DNA of 64,000 bases, taken from contig OZ237760.1 in the NCBI GenBank assembly GCA_965178125.1, forward strand, positions 248,001-312,000, given 5' to 3'. Of this stretch, positions 48,588 to 61,413 are shown piece by piece. The notes below the pieces were generated by a model. It saw nothing but the letters and a program-made list of their open reading frames with translations, was not told where the DNA came from and made no database searches. Origin of the DNA: Bilabrum cf. latius. Lineage: Eukaryota. The position numbers and the translations under genes are program-made. Within the stretch, counting starts at the first letter, position 1. Every line of letters starts with the position of its first letter.

Positions 48588-51500
48588 ATGTCTGGCTCGT
48601 CAAAGGTCTCCGGGCGAGGTTCGCAAAGCGGGCATTCCGACGATCGAGACGGCGCGAGGGCAGGTATAGGAGGCCTCTTCAACAGTGGCATGACCTTTTT
48701 GCGTGATTCCATATCAACCGCAGTGGCCCCACCCGGGTCGGAGGGGAAATTGCCTTCGTTGCCCCCTGGACACCCGGACAGCATAGCATCTGGGCGCGCA
48801 GGAATTAGTGCGCGGGATGGGGGCCGAAAATAGAGTGGCAGTGCATCTACTCGTGCAAATGTGACTCGTGCCGGTTCAGCTAGGAGAGCTAGCGCAGGGG
48901 GGCAGCAATTGGCAACCCCGCGATCGACCGCGCCAACTGCAACTGCTGCGGCGGGCGCGTCATCCACGCCCAGCGCGGGCTCAAGGCCCGGCAGACCGCC
49001 AGTATCTGCACCAAGAATAACGTCTCAATTGGGCGCACCATCAAACTCCAGGCCTCCATCCACGCCCGCAAGCGCGGCCAGCACGCCGGGCGGCAAGCGA
49101 GTGGTAGACGTGCGGGCGCTGTCTCAGCCAGAGCTGGCCGACCTCGCGCTGAAACTGAACTAGAAACTCAAGAAGCACCAGGAAGCGGCCCGTTCCGCCC
49201 GTCGAGAGCTCAGGCGCTCCGAGGCATACCGCTAGCTGGCCGATGAGGCGCTTCTGTCTGTCGTTGGGGTGCCCCTCGCCAGCCTGGTTGTCGGGCCAGG
49301 GGCCACCGGGCGCAGCGAGGACCCAGCGGCAGTTTCGAAGATGAAGATAGACGAGAGGGCGCTGGCAGCACGGCTGCGGCAGGCGGGTCGCTCCGCCGAG
49401 TCTCAGCTCCGTTCCACCAGGGCCAATTTCGAGGCACAGGTGAGGTCACTGCAAGGCGAGGCAGAGGCGCAGAGGGGCAAGGCGGACAGGCTGAGGCAGG
49501 AGGCAGAGCAGGCGCAGAGGGAAAGGTCGGCGGCGGAGGCGCAGCTGCAGCAGCTCAGGAAAGAGCTAAGCGACCTGAAGCAGACGAGCATTCCAAAGAC
49601 AGAAAGGCGACCAGCAGCAGTGGCAGCTCTGCCGCCATCCCTGCCCCCTGCGCTGGGTCCTGATGATGAGGATGGTGGTGATGTGACGGCAGGACGTGGC
49701 AAACCTGACGGCTCCCTCGGATGCCAACTCTCCGTGTCCCTGGCTGCCTTCCACCCTGGCCTGCAAGAGGGTGGCAATGAGAGGGCATCGGATGACCTTG
49801 ATCGTGGGCATGCTTCCAGTGAGCATGCTTCCAGTGGTGTCGAGGAGGACGAGGAAGACGACGCTGGAGACTCAAAGGACGGGACTGCACGTAGACGGGC
49901 AGCGGCTGCAGGAGGCGCTGCAAGGACCGCCAACGTCGACGACAGTAGACTTCACGTTGATAGCGAACGGCCGGCGGCAGCAGCAACGGCAGCAGCAGCA
50001 ACCACCGTGGGTGCCGCCGCTGCCCAGCGCCACGCCCTGCGAGCCGATTTGGAGCGGGCCCGACACGATCTCACGGAGTCAAGGGGACAAGCAGAGGCGG
50101 CGGCACAAGCCAGGGAACAAGAGGCTCAGCGAAGGCACGAAGCCCATGCCCAGATGGAGCGGGCCAACGCCGAGGCGGACCGCCTCAGGGAACAAGTGGC
50201 GGGCCTGAACGACGAGCTTAGGGCGGCATAGCGGCAGGAGAAAAGGCTGTTGGCCACCATGAACAGGCTGAGGGCAGAGCTGAGGAGCAGCAGGAGGGCG
50301 GGGGAGCGAGGTGTTGGTGCTGGTGCTGGTGCTGGTGCGGCTGGGAGCGGAACCGACAGCGAGGTACCGCGCGCTGAGGCCGGCAGCGGAACCGCGACGG
50401 CGTCCGACTCCGAGTCGGCCAGCGGCAGGACGGGCGGCCGTCGAAATCGGCGCCATCGTGGAGGAGCCCCGGGTAGTGCTTCCAACGGGCAAGCAGAAGA
50501 TGATAATGATGATGACGAAAGGCGCCACAGCCAGTCACCGGACGGCGTGTCTCTGGGCATGGACCCCGCTACTGCCATCGCGCATGCAGCGCAGGCCCAG
50601 GCAGCCAGAGAGGGGGAGATTGCAAGGGTGCGGGCTCAGCTGCGGCGTGAGTCCCAGCGCGCGAGCGAAGCAGAGCTGGCTGTGCATCGCCTGAGGGAGG
50701 AGGCCCGCGTGCTCAAGGACGGCTACAGGGACATGGAGGGGGAGAGGGACAGGATTAGGGCAAGGGAGAAGGCCGGTGGGGTCGGTGGGTCCGGTGGGGC
50801 GGGGCCCAGCGAGTACCTCAAGAACGCCCTGGTGAGCTTCTTGGCCCTCGAGTCCAAGGAGGCGGCCGGGGATGGGGGCAGGGCGGCGAGGCAGAGCAGC
50901 ATGCTGGCGGCGCTGGGGAACAGCAGCAAGGGCACGGGGAGGGCTGGCGGGGCAGGAGGGGCTGGGTCTGGCTCAGTGCAGGAGGCAGTGATTGGTCGTC
51001 GTGTGGCAGCAGCGCTGGGGTGCGGGTCAGAGCGCGCCGCTATGCTGCCGGTGATCGCCAAGCTGCTCGCGCTGGACGAGGCAGACGCTGCGCAGATCTG
51101 CGGGACAGCGGAGGCGGGGGCTCGCAAGCGGCAGTCGGGCGTGGGAGGGCCGACGGCCATCGCGCTGAAGAAGCCGGTGCGCGGGCATCGAGCGGGGGTG
51201 GGGGCGGGGGCTGGGTAGGCAGGGAGCAGTGGCGCAGGTCAAGGATCACACGCAGCATCTAGCAGTGTTGCAGCTGGCAGTTCACAGCGTAGAGGAGATG
51301 GTCAGATGTCCGGGGGGCTTGCATCTCCAGCGCGCGGGCCTGTGGATGCCGGCAGCACCCTGCTGTCTCTGGGCCTTGTGGGCGCCAACGCGAGGTCCCT
51401 GTGGAGCGAGGCGGAGAGGGCCAGGTCCAGGGAACAAGGGGGCGGGCGGGGCAGGAAGGGGAGGCGGGGCGTGCGTCGGCCGGGTAGGGCGGTGCCGATC

Positions 51501-51665
51501 GTGCCCGCATCCATGGGCCTCGGGGTTGTGACGGAGGCTGGGAGTAAGGGGGTTGTCGGTGGAGGAAGTGAGGACTTGGCTGGGGGCGTGAATGGTGCAG
51601 GTGGGCAGGAGGCTCGTGGCGTAGTTGGCGTGCGAGCCAACCGGCTGGAGGACGAGGCCCTTTGA
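48588..51665 (+). CDS. Coiled-coil GRIP-domain golgin-like protein (about 1025 aa)
   Basis: ORFs 48573-48833, 48861-49163, 49269-50231, 50250-51218 and 51306-51665 share one frame joined through TAG. GRIP signature EYLKNALVSFL...ERAAMLPVIAKLLALDEAD; ends TGA. Confidence 0.78.
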
Positions 51666-51838
51666 CATGAGGAGGTTTCGCCTTCGTCAAGTCCATTTGT
51701 CAGATTGACTTCTAGTGTGGTGCATCGACAAACACGGGCTGATGTGACCCCCCCCCACCCCCCCGGCGGCCCCCGCATTCCCCTCATTCCGTAGACGGCA
51801 CTATTTTGGGCTGCATATCTGTCTACTTGCCTTCTCCC

Positions 51839-54616
51839 TCAGAATATTTCCACATCCGTCCCGATGAATCTCGACAGCACCACCGCCAGTGTGCCCACCA
51901 CCGAAAAGATCCGAATCAGCAAGGATGGCCGCACCGGCATCCCCAGCAACCGGATTGCATCCGCCCTCTCCGATGTATGCGCGAGCACAGCCAGCCTCCC
52001 CGACCTCCGTCTCGCGGCCCAACCCAGCAGGCTGGTTCCCGGAGCCCTCACCACGTCCTAAAGGCAGCTGGTCAGGGTGGAGGAGGCCCGTGCAGGCAGT
52101 ACGAGGATGAGCAGAGCAAGCATCTCGAGGATGGCGCCATAGGATGCTGGCACAAAGGCGGCGTCACCGGGGAGCGTGATGGCCACGATGCCCATGGCAA
52201 CTCCCAGCGCGATCTGGATCGCTGCCGTGACTCCCAGCATCAACCCGATCGAGTTGCTGATGTAGTCCGCCACCTGTCTGATCTCACCCAGTCGCTCCAG
52301 CACCAGATCCACCGCGCATTCTGCCAGGTACCCTTTGGCCTCAATAGGCCCGGATATTCGACGCATATGCTCCTCGCCTGCCGATCCATCCCTCAACATG
52401 GCCCCATTCCCGGTCAAAAGCTGATCAGGCTGCTGCGTGTCTTGATGGCTGCTGCTCGTGCCCCTGTGCCACAGTCCTCGACTTAGCAAAGGTTCAATGC
52501 GTGCACTGCCGGTCGATCTGCATCCGGGCACTGGTTCTGCGCTCGGCTAATGCCTTAGATTTGGCACTGGTGGCAGACATTTCAGTGCATCAACCAGCCC
52601 GTCTGCAGACCCAGTGCCCCTGGCACCGTGAATCAGACTCTGCAGCCCATCCAGCACGCCTTCATCGTCTTCGGGTGCCCGCAGCGTGTTCAGTAAGAAC
52701 ACGAGTGCCCTAAGCCTTGAGGATGACGCTTGCATGAAATCAAACGCAGAGAAGATGATGTAGTAGCCGTATGCCGCGCCTGTCAGCGGCAGAACGAATG
52801 GTACGATGTACGCGAAGAAGCCCACGGGTGCCTCTGTCAGCTCTTGCGTGGCACCCACGAGCAGCATGGCGGGCGCAAGTGCGATCGCAATCAGGATGGA
52901 GCACACTACGATACCCGTTGTGGACAGCTACGCCGGTGTGTATTCCTCCAGGAAACTGAAGGCTAGCCTGATCCGGGCCCTGAAAGCATCCAACACGCGG
53001 TGTCTAGATTCGTTGAAACCCGTCGCGGCTTGTAATGCGGATTCCGACTGGCCCTTTGCATCGGCTGGAACGCTTGCTTCGGGGCAAGCATCATCACCAG
53101 CGACACTGCATGCAGAGTGGTAGGCCTGGAGCACTTGCTCGGCCTCGACTTGCTCCTCCAGCGACGCATGCATGGCTCGGATAAACCGAGCAAGCGCGAC
53201 CCTCCGCCTGAGACCCACGTCGCTGCTGTTGAGGAACGGCAGCTTGGACGCGATTGAGAGAGGGACGGCGAGGGGCTGCGGATCCGACGGGGACGGCGCC
53301 TTCAGGCACCAGCAGCAGTTGGAGGGAGCCTCTGGCTGGTGACGGAGTCCGGCGGAAATATCCTTCGGAATATTCACATTTGGCCTCTGTGCCTCCTACT
53401 CTGCCATTGGGTCGGTTGCATCGGTATGCATTCCCGGAGATGTGGCTGACACAGGCCCGGTCTCATGCAGGGGTGTGTGCACCGGCATCACGCGTGCGAT
53501 TGACACGCTGCCTGCGACCCCTGCGAGAGGCAAGCCCATTCCCGCCAGTGGTGCTGCTTCGTGATTGGCCAGCCGTTGTCCAGAGGGCGTGCCGGTTCCA
53601 TTGCCGCTGCTGCCGTCTGCAATTGTGGCACCGCTGGCGCTGGCATCTTGTGACGTGGCATGGGTCTGCCCAGCCTGAGGGAGCTCTGCGGGCTGATTTG
53701 GAGCTTGCAAATGACTTTGTACGGTTTTACCTGCGAGTGCATGACCCGAGGCATTATCATTTTGCTATTCTTTTCGCTCAATGCGCCGGCCCGGGTGTCC
53801 TACTCGGTGGCGGCCACAGGTCGGATCATCAAGCTCCACTACAAGTTTGGGGGGCGACCGTGCGCCATCTGCGTGCACACCGCCCGAGTCAAGAGAATCG
53901 TCATGATTTTCTGAAAGCTCGGCGACCTCCGGCAGCTGGCAGCAAATATCGAACTCTCGAAACGGCGTGGAGGGCCCGTCGGCCAATCGTGTCCCCACCG
54001 TCCACGACCACTGGGTGAGCACGGCGGAGGCCGGAACCCCGCCACCACACACGGCGATCGTAGGAGGAATAACGCGGACGTACGTAATGTACGAGCAGTA
54101 CACCAGCATGGGTAGAACGAGCCACATCGCAGCGATCAGGAACCACCGCGAGTCCCAGTCGTGCTCGAGTGCTTGTCTCATGCGAGCCTGCAGCCCGCCG
54201 TCAACCCCCAGCAGCGTTCCAATGACAGGAAATACGAGCAGGCACGAGAATATGCTGAGAGCCACTCCTAGCAAGCGAACGAATAGCAAAGCGCAAGCTG
54301 CAAATCGAGTTTCAACGGACGCATCACTGCAGTCGGAACACGAGATAAACGGGGACGGCCTCCTCGGCATCACAGAGTGCGAATTTAAGCAGCATCTGCA
54401 CATAAATGAAGGGCCAACCTACACAGGGAACATGACTCCTGCCCAGGAGGCAATCATTCCTAAGGCGGACCGCTCCATTGCCACCGAGTATCGAATCGAT
54501 TGGTCCGCCAAGTGATCCAGCGCTAGTGGCTCTATATCTCTTCCATAAAGAATTGATTTTCGAGACCAAGGCGAGTTCGAAATTGTGCTGCCTCTGCGCG
54601 ATTGCTAGGAACTCAT
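51839..54616 (-). CDS. Seven-transmembrane protein resembling gustatory-receptor-like (GRL/7TMIC) ion channels (about 925 aa)
   Basis: ORFs 53765-54403, 53396-53710, 52928-53377, 52547-52906, 52058-52531 and 51839-52054 join through TAG. About 7 hydrophobic segments; C-terminal IRLLGMPVRPSLLIRIFSVVGTLAVVLSRF. ATG 54616; ends TGA. Confidence 0.62.
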
Positions 54617-54869
54617 CGCTGGTAGGGCTACCTTTTGTAGCCGAAATGAAACGAAATAGTAGCTGCACCACTCTACATGCACGACGAATCAAGCACTCAG
54701 AGCGATTCGTCGGTTTGAAAGGGGTTTGATTCGCTTCGGGCGGCGGTTTGTGCTGATCGCGTCGCAGATCGCACACGGCGAATCGGAGTCGATCCGATCC
54801 CATCCTCGAGGCCGAGTCGGGGTGCCGCAGCAGCGACGGCGCGGGCAGTTTTGGGAAGCATAATTAGAA

Positions 54870-57800
54870 TCACTGCATATGCATATCGCTGGCAACCCGT
54901 TTCATCACAGCAGGGCTAACCTGCTCGTAAACGATGCTCTCCAGAGCCATCGCGTGGTGAGGATGTTTGCTCGCAGGCAGGCAGAAGCAGCACACTCGGA
55001 AGCAGTCCTCGCAGCAGTACCCCTCGGGCTGCTAGTGTATCGCAACACTGCGCTTACAGTCAGAACCGCCTGCCTGTTCCTCGCTTCCGATCAGATTTAG
55101 CTGGCTTCCTCGCCGCGAGCGCTCGGGTGCCACGTGCCCCGGATTGGTCGCAGGGTGCACCTTGCTCGGGCTCGCGATTGGTCGCAAGCTCAGAGGGGAG
55201 GATGACCCGCCCAGAGACACCTCCCTGCCCTGCCGGACCTGCGCCTGGCTCTGCGTACGACTTCTCTCCTTGGCCTCACTATCCTGCAGGTTCCCATCGC
55301 CATCGCCATCGTGCTGCTTCACGTCGGTGGTGAACGTTGGCCGCATGTCCACGCTCACCGATACGGTCTGCCGTGCGCCCGCGCCCGCAGTAGACACAGA
55401 CGGGCTGCGGTCGGGCCTATTGGACACACGCCCGCTCGGTCGTTTCTCGGCACTGCTCCTAGAGCTTGCCAAGCCGAACGTCGAGCCGACTGGATCGAGG
55501 TCATGCTCGCCTGCATCCATCGGGGCATGGCTCAGATCGTCGCCCTCTAGTCGTCCGACGGTCCCAACTACACTTGCCTTGCCATCAGTACTTCCACCTT
55601 TACTGCGCAGATCTCTATCCTCGATATCATTATTATCATCGTCAAGGTCCTCCTCGTCCTCACTGATGTCGGATTCCCCCTACTTGCCGCCGCCACGATC
55701 GGCACCTACATCGTGGCCCTTGTTCCCCAGTTGTTCCCCGCACCCTCCACAGGCAGGCAGAGGCCTGAAATAAAAGGCCAGCACATCCGTCACCAGAGAG
55801 GCCACGTTCAGCAGCACCACCCCCTCCACAAGCCTGGTGACGAGGGCGCCCCACTCGAAGTGGCCAATGCTGCCGGACTGGATCAGACGGACCACCACCC
55901 CAGTGCGCTGCACCCTGACGTCAGTCTGCACCTCTCCCCCGAGAGGAGAGAATAATAGCTCCAGGACGCGCTAATGCGCCACCGTCCCAGGCTGCACCGC
56001 ACTGCGGTTCACTGAGGTCGCCGAGGCGCCGTACGTCCAGTTGCCGCCGGCCGCATCGAGCGCGGTTTGACCAGGCACCAAAGTCCCGGCGACGGCTTTG
56101 TCCACCACCATGGCCTCCAGTCGGGTCAGCGGGGCAGGGTTGACCGCCACGCTGCGACTGTCGACGTCCATGAATCCCCACGCTTGCGGCACTATCTTGA
56201 GCGTGATCTCACACCTGGGCCTGTCCTCCGGCCACTGGAACCACCGGCGGTTCGTGTAGCGCATGCGGACTAGGAGCACCAGGCCGGTGAGGCGGTAGGT
56301 AGGGGCTTCTTCCGGTTTGCCATCACGGTGCGACGGCAGGATGTGCTTCCGGTCTAGCGGGGACAGCTGACCCACTGTGTTCCTCAGGTCTGTCCTGTTC
56401 CCGAAGCCATTGCTCTGGTCGCGCGCGGGATCGATTCCCAGAGCGGGCGCCTCCCCGAAGCCGGCCCACTTTAGCCACTGCCCCAGGGACACACCGCCCA
56501 CGATGGAACCCTCGGGGAACGTTCGCAGCACTTTCTTCTTCTTTGAGTCCAGAACCACGGTCTCGGGGTTGACTTTGGGGGCCTTCATGGACGGCGTGGA
56601 GAAAGAGTGCAGCACGCTGAAGGACTGCTCCTCTGGCCTGTCCATGAAAAAGAACTTGGACACCCGGCCACCGGGCAGCCTGGCCAATCTGGGGTGGCCA
56701 TAGTCGACCACCCCCTCGGTGGTCAGAAAGGGCGCCGGGAGCACCCCCAGCACGCGGGTGGGGTCCTCGTGCGACACCACCCCTCCGGGGCTCCTGGTTG
56801 CAACCGCCGCCGCGTCGCCCCTCACCATATCATAGTCGGCGGGCGAGCACACCAATTCGGCTCCGGATCCGGCGGACGGGACGCGTCTCGGGCCCCCGGT
56901 ACCCCCGGTCGTGACCCCGATGGACGCGGCGAGCGTCGTGTTCGCGCCCGATGCTCGCTTCACGAAGAACGTCTCGGTTGCCCGTCGAGCAAGTGCTTCG
57001 AGTGAGTCGCCGTCCATGGCGTGCATACCCATCGCCTGCATGCACCTGGGGCCGAGACGGACCGCCAGTTCGATGGCCTCCTGGGAGCCTTCCATGGCCA
57101 CGGGCTGCAATGCCCCGGCCGCATCTGGTGCTGCTGCCAGGTCCTGGCACGTGCACTCGGTCGCAATCGTGCTCGCCTGCGTGGCATTGCGAGCCGTACG
57201 TAGCTTCTCCAGCACGATTGCGCGACAATGCAACGATACAGCAGCTCCTTGCGGGCAAGGAAGCGCCCTGCCAAAGTCCCAGCCCTCCCACGTGGTTGCC
57301 GTGTAGGAGTTCGACTCGGCTCGGCCGTCCGAATCTGCGTCGAACTCCAAGCAACCGGCCGATGCAGACTCAATCCCACCATTCACGTTCTTCTCAGCGA
57401 CGGAGTGATCCAGCCCCCAGTCATAAAATCCATTCTGTACTAAGGGGTTTCCCGCCAGGCAGTGTGCTGGGGACGATTGGCCGCCGATACCGTCATATCG
57501 CTCGTGAAACACCTGCGACGCCTCGACCGGGTGGAAGGGGACGAACTCAGCCCTTTCCGGGGCCTGCCACACGTTTGTATGGGTAGAGGGGCTTTCAAAC
57601 TAGGCATACCGGTGGGACAGAAGTATCTGCACGATGACCACGTAGAGGACCACGAGACCTCGAAGAGAGAAATGCAAACACCGAAGCCGTGGCTCGTGTA
57701 GCCGGACCCGTTTTACCGTGGTGCTGCGGATTGAATATAAAACGCGTATGAATCGCAGGCACGTTGCAACATTCGTCCTGCGAGTGCTGTGCAGCGCGAT

Positions 57801-57952
57801 GCTCAAAGCAGGTAACGTGTGTTGCCAAATTGTGCATGGTCGCAGCCTCACTATGTTGAGCCAAATAAAGCTGACGACAAACAGCCATCACAGGCCTTCC
57901 CTTCTAATTCTGCTGTGTGGTACGACACGCGCCGCTGGCGGCCCCATGTCAT
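54870..57952 (-). CDS. P2X-type ATP-gated cation channel homolog (about 984 aa)
   Basis: Removing intron 57851-57724 (GTGAGG...CGCAG) restores Y-T-T-V-K-R-V-R (YxTxK motif) before TM1. Cys-containing ectodomain, RLTG motif, and pre-TM2/TM2 RTGVVVRLIQSGSIGHFEWGALVTRLVEGVVLLNVASLVTDVLAFY. In-frame TAG at 57600, 55971, 55680 and 55032; TGA at 54870. Confidence 0.8.
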
Positions 57953-58104
57953 CCCAACAGAGACGTCAGAAAGTGTTTCGTCCGCTAACGACCGCAGACT
58001 CGCAGCGTCGGTCGCAAACTCGAGAGAGCCAGAAATGCAAGGAAACTCAGGAATTTATTGTCTGGCATCACCAGGACGACAACCATAAACCACTCAGGCC
58101 ACTC

Positions 58105-60174
58105 TCACTGCTACGCCCCACCGGTCTCGCTGTTCTCGCACTTGAGAGTGGGAGCAGGGGCGGCACCAGCCGAGACCTTCCAACCGTCTCTGGGCGGGCC
58201 ACCTCCCGACACCGCGGGCGCCGCGTAGAAAATCTCGTGCCCGTTGTACGCGATGTGCCACTCTCCGCCGTACACGTAGATGGAGTGCTCAGAGTCCAGG
58301 GTCCAGCTCAGGGCCTTGGGACTGTCCCGCTTGTACAGGCCGTTGCACGCCTTGGTCCCCGCTCCTGCGACCGAGAAGGCCGAGCAGTTGCTCGAGGGAA
58401 CAGGCGGCAGCGGCGAGCTGCAGTTCTCCCTGAGTGGAAAGTGCAGGGGCGACCCCTGCCTCCTCAATTCGGCAGACATCGCCGGGATGCTCACGTCTTG
58501 CACGGCCTGTCCCGCGGGCCCCTTTGCCAGCAGGGCGCCCAGCACGCCAGAGGCCATGCCCAGCTGCATCAGGGTGGGCTCCTCACGAAGAGCGCTGAAG
58601 GCCACGTGGCTCACGCTGGGGCAGTTGGGCGCCATCACGTTCGTCAGCTGTGACCGCTTGGGGAACAGCATCCAGGCGGGCATGTCGGCCGGCACGTGCC
58701 CGTCCAGCCCCGGGGAGGTGAGGCCTTCGTTGAACGCAACCGGCGCCGCCGCGCTTGCGGAACCAGCGCCGGTGCCGCGCAGTGCACCTCCCTGGACCAC
58801 CACCGACGAGTCGTCGGCACCGTGGCCGTCCAGGGACTGCACCGGAGTGCGCTGCATCTGGTGGATGTCCAAGCCCCAGGTCATGACCCCCACTGAGTCG
58901 TTCCTGCACACCCCGTTGGGTCCAGTGGAAGGGACCCTGTCGTTCTGGGTAAACACCCTGTCTCCCACCAGCCTGTAGGCCTCCCTTGCGTACAGCTGCG
59001 GGGGCACGTGCCCGTTCTCCGGCCACGAGTCCTTGCACAGGCCGTATTTCTGGAGCTCGCTCCTGAGGTCGGAGGGGACGTCTGCCTGCGGGTCGCCCGT
59101 GTAGAACCATGCCAGACCCAGCGTGTAGTAGCGAATCTCGTCCGCCACCTGGCGCCGCTGGGGCCAGGTTCCGTTGGGATATCCGACTCCGAGTCCTACC
59201 GCGTCGATGCCGAAGGGGTTGGAGCCGCAGCATGCGTCGAACTTGTCCCCCAGGGGATATCCCCTGTAGGGAAGGTTCCCCCAGGGGAGGCCTGCCGACT
59301 TGCCCTGGTCTTTCAGCAGCTAGAGGTACCGCCTGGGAAGCTCGAAGTCCTCGGTCCGATACCCGGTGGGCGGGTAGAAGGTCACCTGGTTGGAGGTGTT
59401 GGTGGTGAGGCAGAGCCTGTAGGCGTACGCCATGAGGTTACCGTCGGCGTCCCCGATGCGGGTGCGGGGGTCCGGTAGGTCCTGCACGTACTTTAGTAGC
59501 GTGCCATTATCCCAGGTGGCGGGCACGGGGTCCGCGAACTGGTTGATGGTGGTTCCGCTCACCCCTCCGACGCTCTCGTTGTACTGAGCCTTGCTCTCAC
59601 GGCCCCACGTGACGTCGGCGCCTCCGCGGGCCACGATGTCTCCCTCGTAGCTGGCGTCGACAAAGGCACCCGTGGGAGTGACGCTCCAGGTGCCGCCGGT
59701 GGTCTGGATCGTGGTCACTCGCGTGCCGTCGAGCTTCACGCCGCCGTTTGGTGCGCCATCGTCGAGCGGCTCGTTCATCGCGACGTCCAGATTGCCGCGC
59801 TCGCCCATCATCTCCCAGAATGAAGCATTGCCAATCTCAAAGTCGGGCTGCCATACGGGCGAGCTGCTGCCGTAGTGCTTCGCGTTGCGATTGGCCCAGT
59901 CGAGAGCAGTGGCGTTTACGAGAGCCTGTACCGCGAAATCGCGCAATCCGATTCCACCAGGTCCAGCCATTCCCCCAACATAATTTGTTGGCTCGATAAG
60001 AGCCACCTTAAGGGTGGGATCTGCGTCCACAGCAGAAAGCGCGGCAGAAAACCCGGCTGGCGTGGCGCCATACACAACGACGTCATACTCCCCACCGGAT
60101 TTAACTACCCGCATAGATTGAACGATGGGCATCGTTAGTGATGCCACAGCTAGTGCGCTGAGTATGGCCTTCAT
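58105..60174 (-). CDS. Secreted FAD-dependent oxidoreductase (FAD_oxidored-like; about 689 aa)
   Basis: Signal peptide MKAILSALAVASL; motifs YDVVVYGATPAG, GGM, FVDASYEGD, GRE, QLYAREAYRLVG and SHVAFSALREEP. The two halves join through TAG 59322-59320; ends TAG-CAG-TGA. Confidence 0.85.
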
Positions 60175-60503
60175 GGCAGCGCAACCCGGCCAGTTGTGCG
60201 CGCTGGATCGCGCGCTGCGGTGCAGCTGCCAGTGACGAGTGATAGGCGAGGCACGCGAAGATGGCAAGATGAGGTTAAGAACCGATTGAAACTCCCCAAG
60301 GCAAGATGCATTCTGGTAGAGTGCTTAGGGAGTGGTGCTCGTCTGGATAGAGACGGGCATGATTGTGTGCGCAGAACGGCGGGCACACAGGGGGCGCTCC
60401 GGTTTCCTAGCATGAACCCGTGGCCACATGTGTCGGGGGAATGCGTGGATATACGACACTTTGATAAACAATCAACCAAACCAAGTCATTGCCAGCCATC
60501 CTA

Positions 60504-61095
60504 TCACTGACCTCCCTCCACGTCCCTCTCCATGATCTCGTGCACAGTGGTCACCCGCAGGTCCATGCCCTCGGGGGCGTCCACTGCATCGCTGCGGTCG
60601 TACAGGTCCTCGAATCCAATCGTCACGTCCCGGCCCAAGGCACCGTCGATGGCGATGAAGCTGGAAGGGAGCGTGGCCGGCCGCCTGAACTGCATCAGGT
60701 GCGCTCGTTCCAGCTGCATTCGCATGGCCACCCCAGGGCCGTAAATCCTCTCTGCCGCCCACAAATCATTAGACCACTTCTGTCCGGGTGCCTGCGATTC
60801 GAATGTGTGAGAAGACAACCAGGTCGGGGTTGCAACGTGAGACGAAGTGCTGCAGCGAGCGAGCTCGGCCGTGTGGAACGCAGCAACCAGAATGCAACGA
60901 GAGGCTGCTGGGCCAGGCGCCACTAAAATATAACAGCTGTTTACAGCAGGATTGATCTCTGGTGCTCTGCCTCCTAATTTCGCTCACGTTCTTTTGCAAA
61001 CCATCGATTGGATGCGGGGCCTCCGCCTCCATTGCCAAGGATCGTCGCGATCCAAGTCTGAGGGTATCAACTGGAGCAGTAGTCATAGCCTACAT
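60504..61095 (-). CDS. POMP: Proteasome maturation factor UMP1/POMP (about 131 aa, 2 exons)
   Basis: Exon 1 DTLRLG...PHPIDGLQKN; intron 60987-60792 (GTGAGC...CGCAG); exon 2 RIYGPGVAMRMQLE...QFRRPATLPSS...GRDVTIGFED...HEIME. Start 61095 (second codon TAG) or 61086; ends TGA. Confidence 0.85.
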
Positions 61096-61413
61096 CGTAT
61101 TTCCGCTTGCGGCAGGGCCACCGGCGGCCGCCAACTGGGCTCCTGTCTGCGAATCAAAAATTACCAAGGGCGCAGCAGCAAGGACGTGTGCTACCAAGCG
61201 CGGCATCCCACGCGTAGCCATCGCTCCGTTTCCCGAGATAGCATGCGTACAACGGATCGTAATCATATCTCACTGCCTATGCCATTGCTATAGTTGCTAA
61301 ATGTCATGCTCGCTTTTCGAGTTGCTGTCGCTATTATATTACTACGCTACAATCAATAGGATAATCTGGTTTTCCAAGCACCCCCCCAAGTATGTCCGTC
61401 TTGTGCGGTCTGC

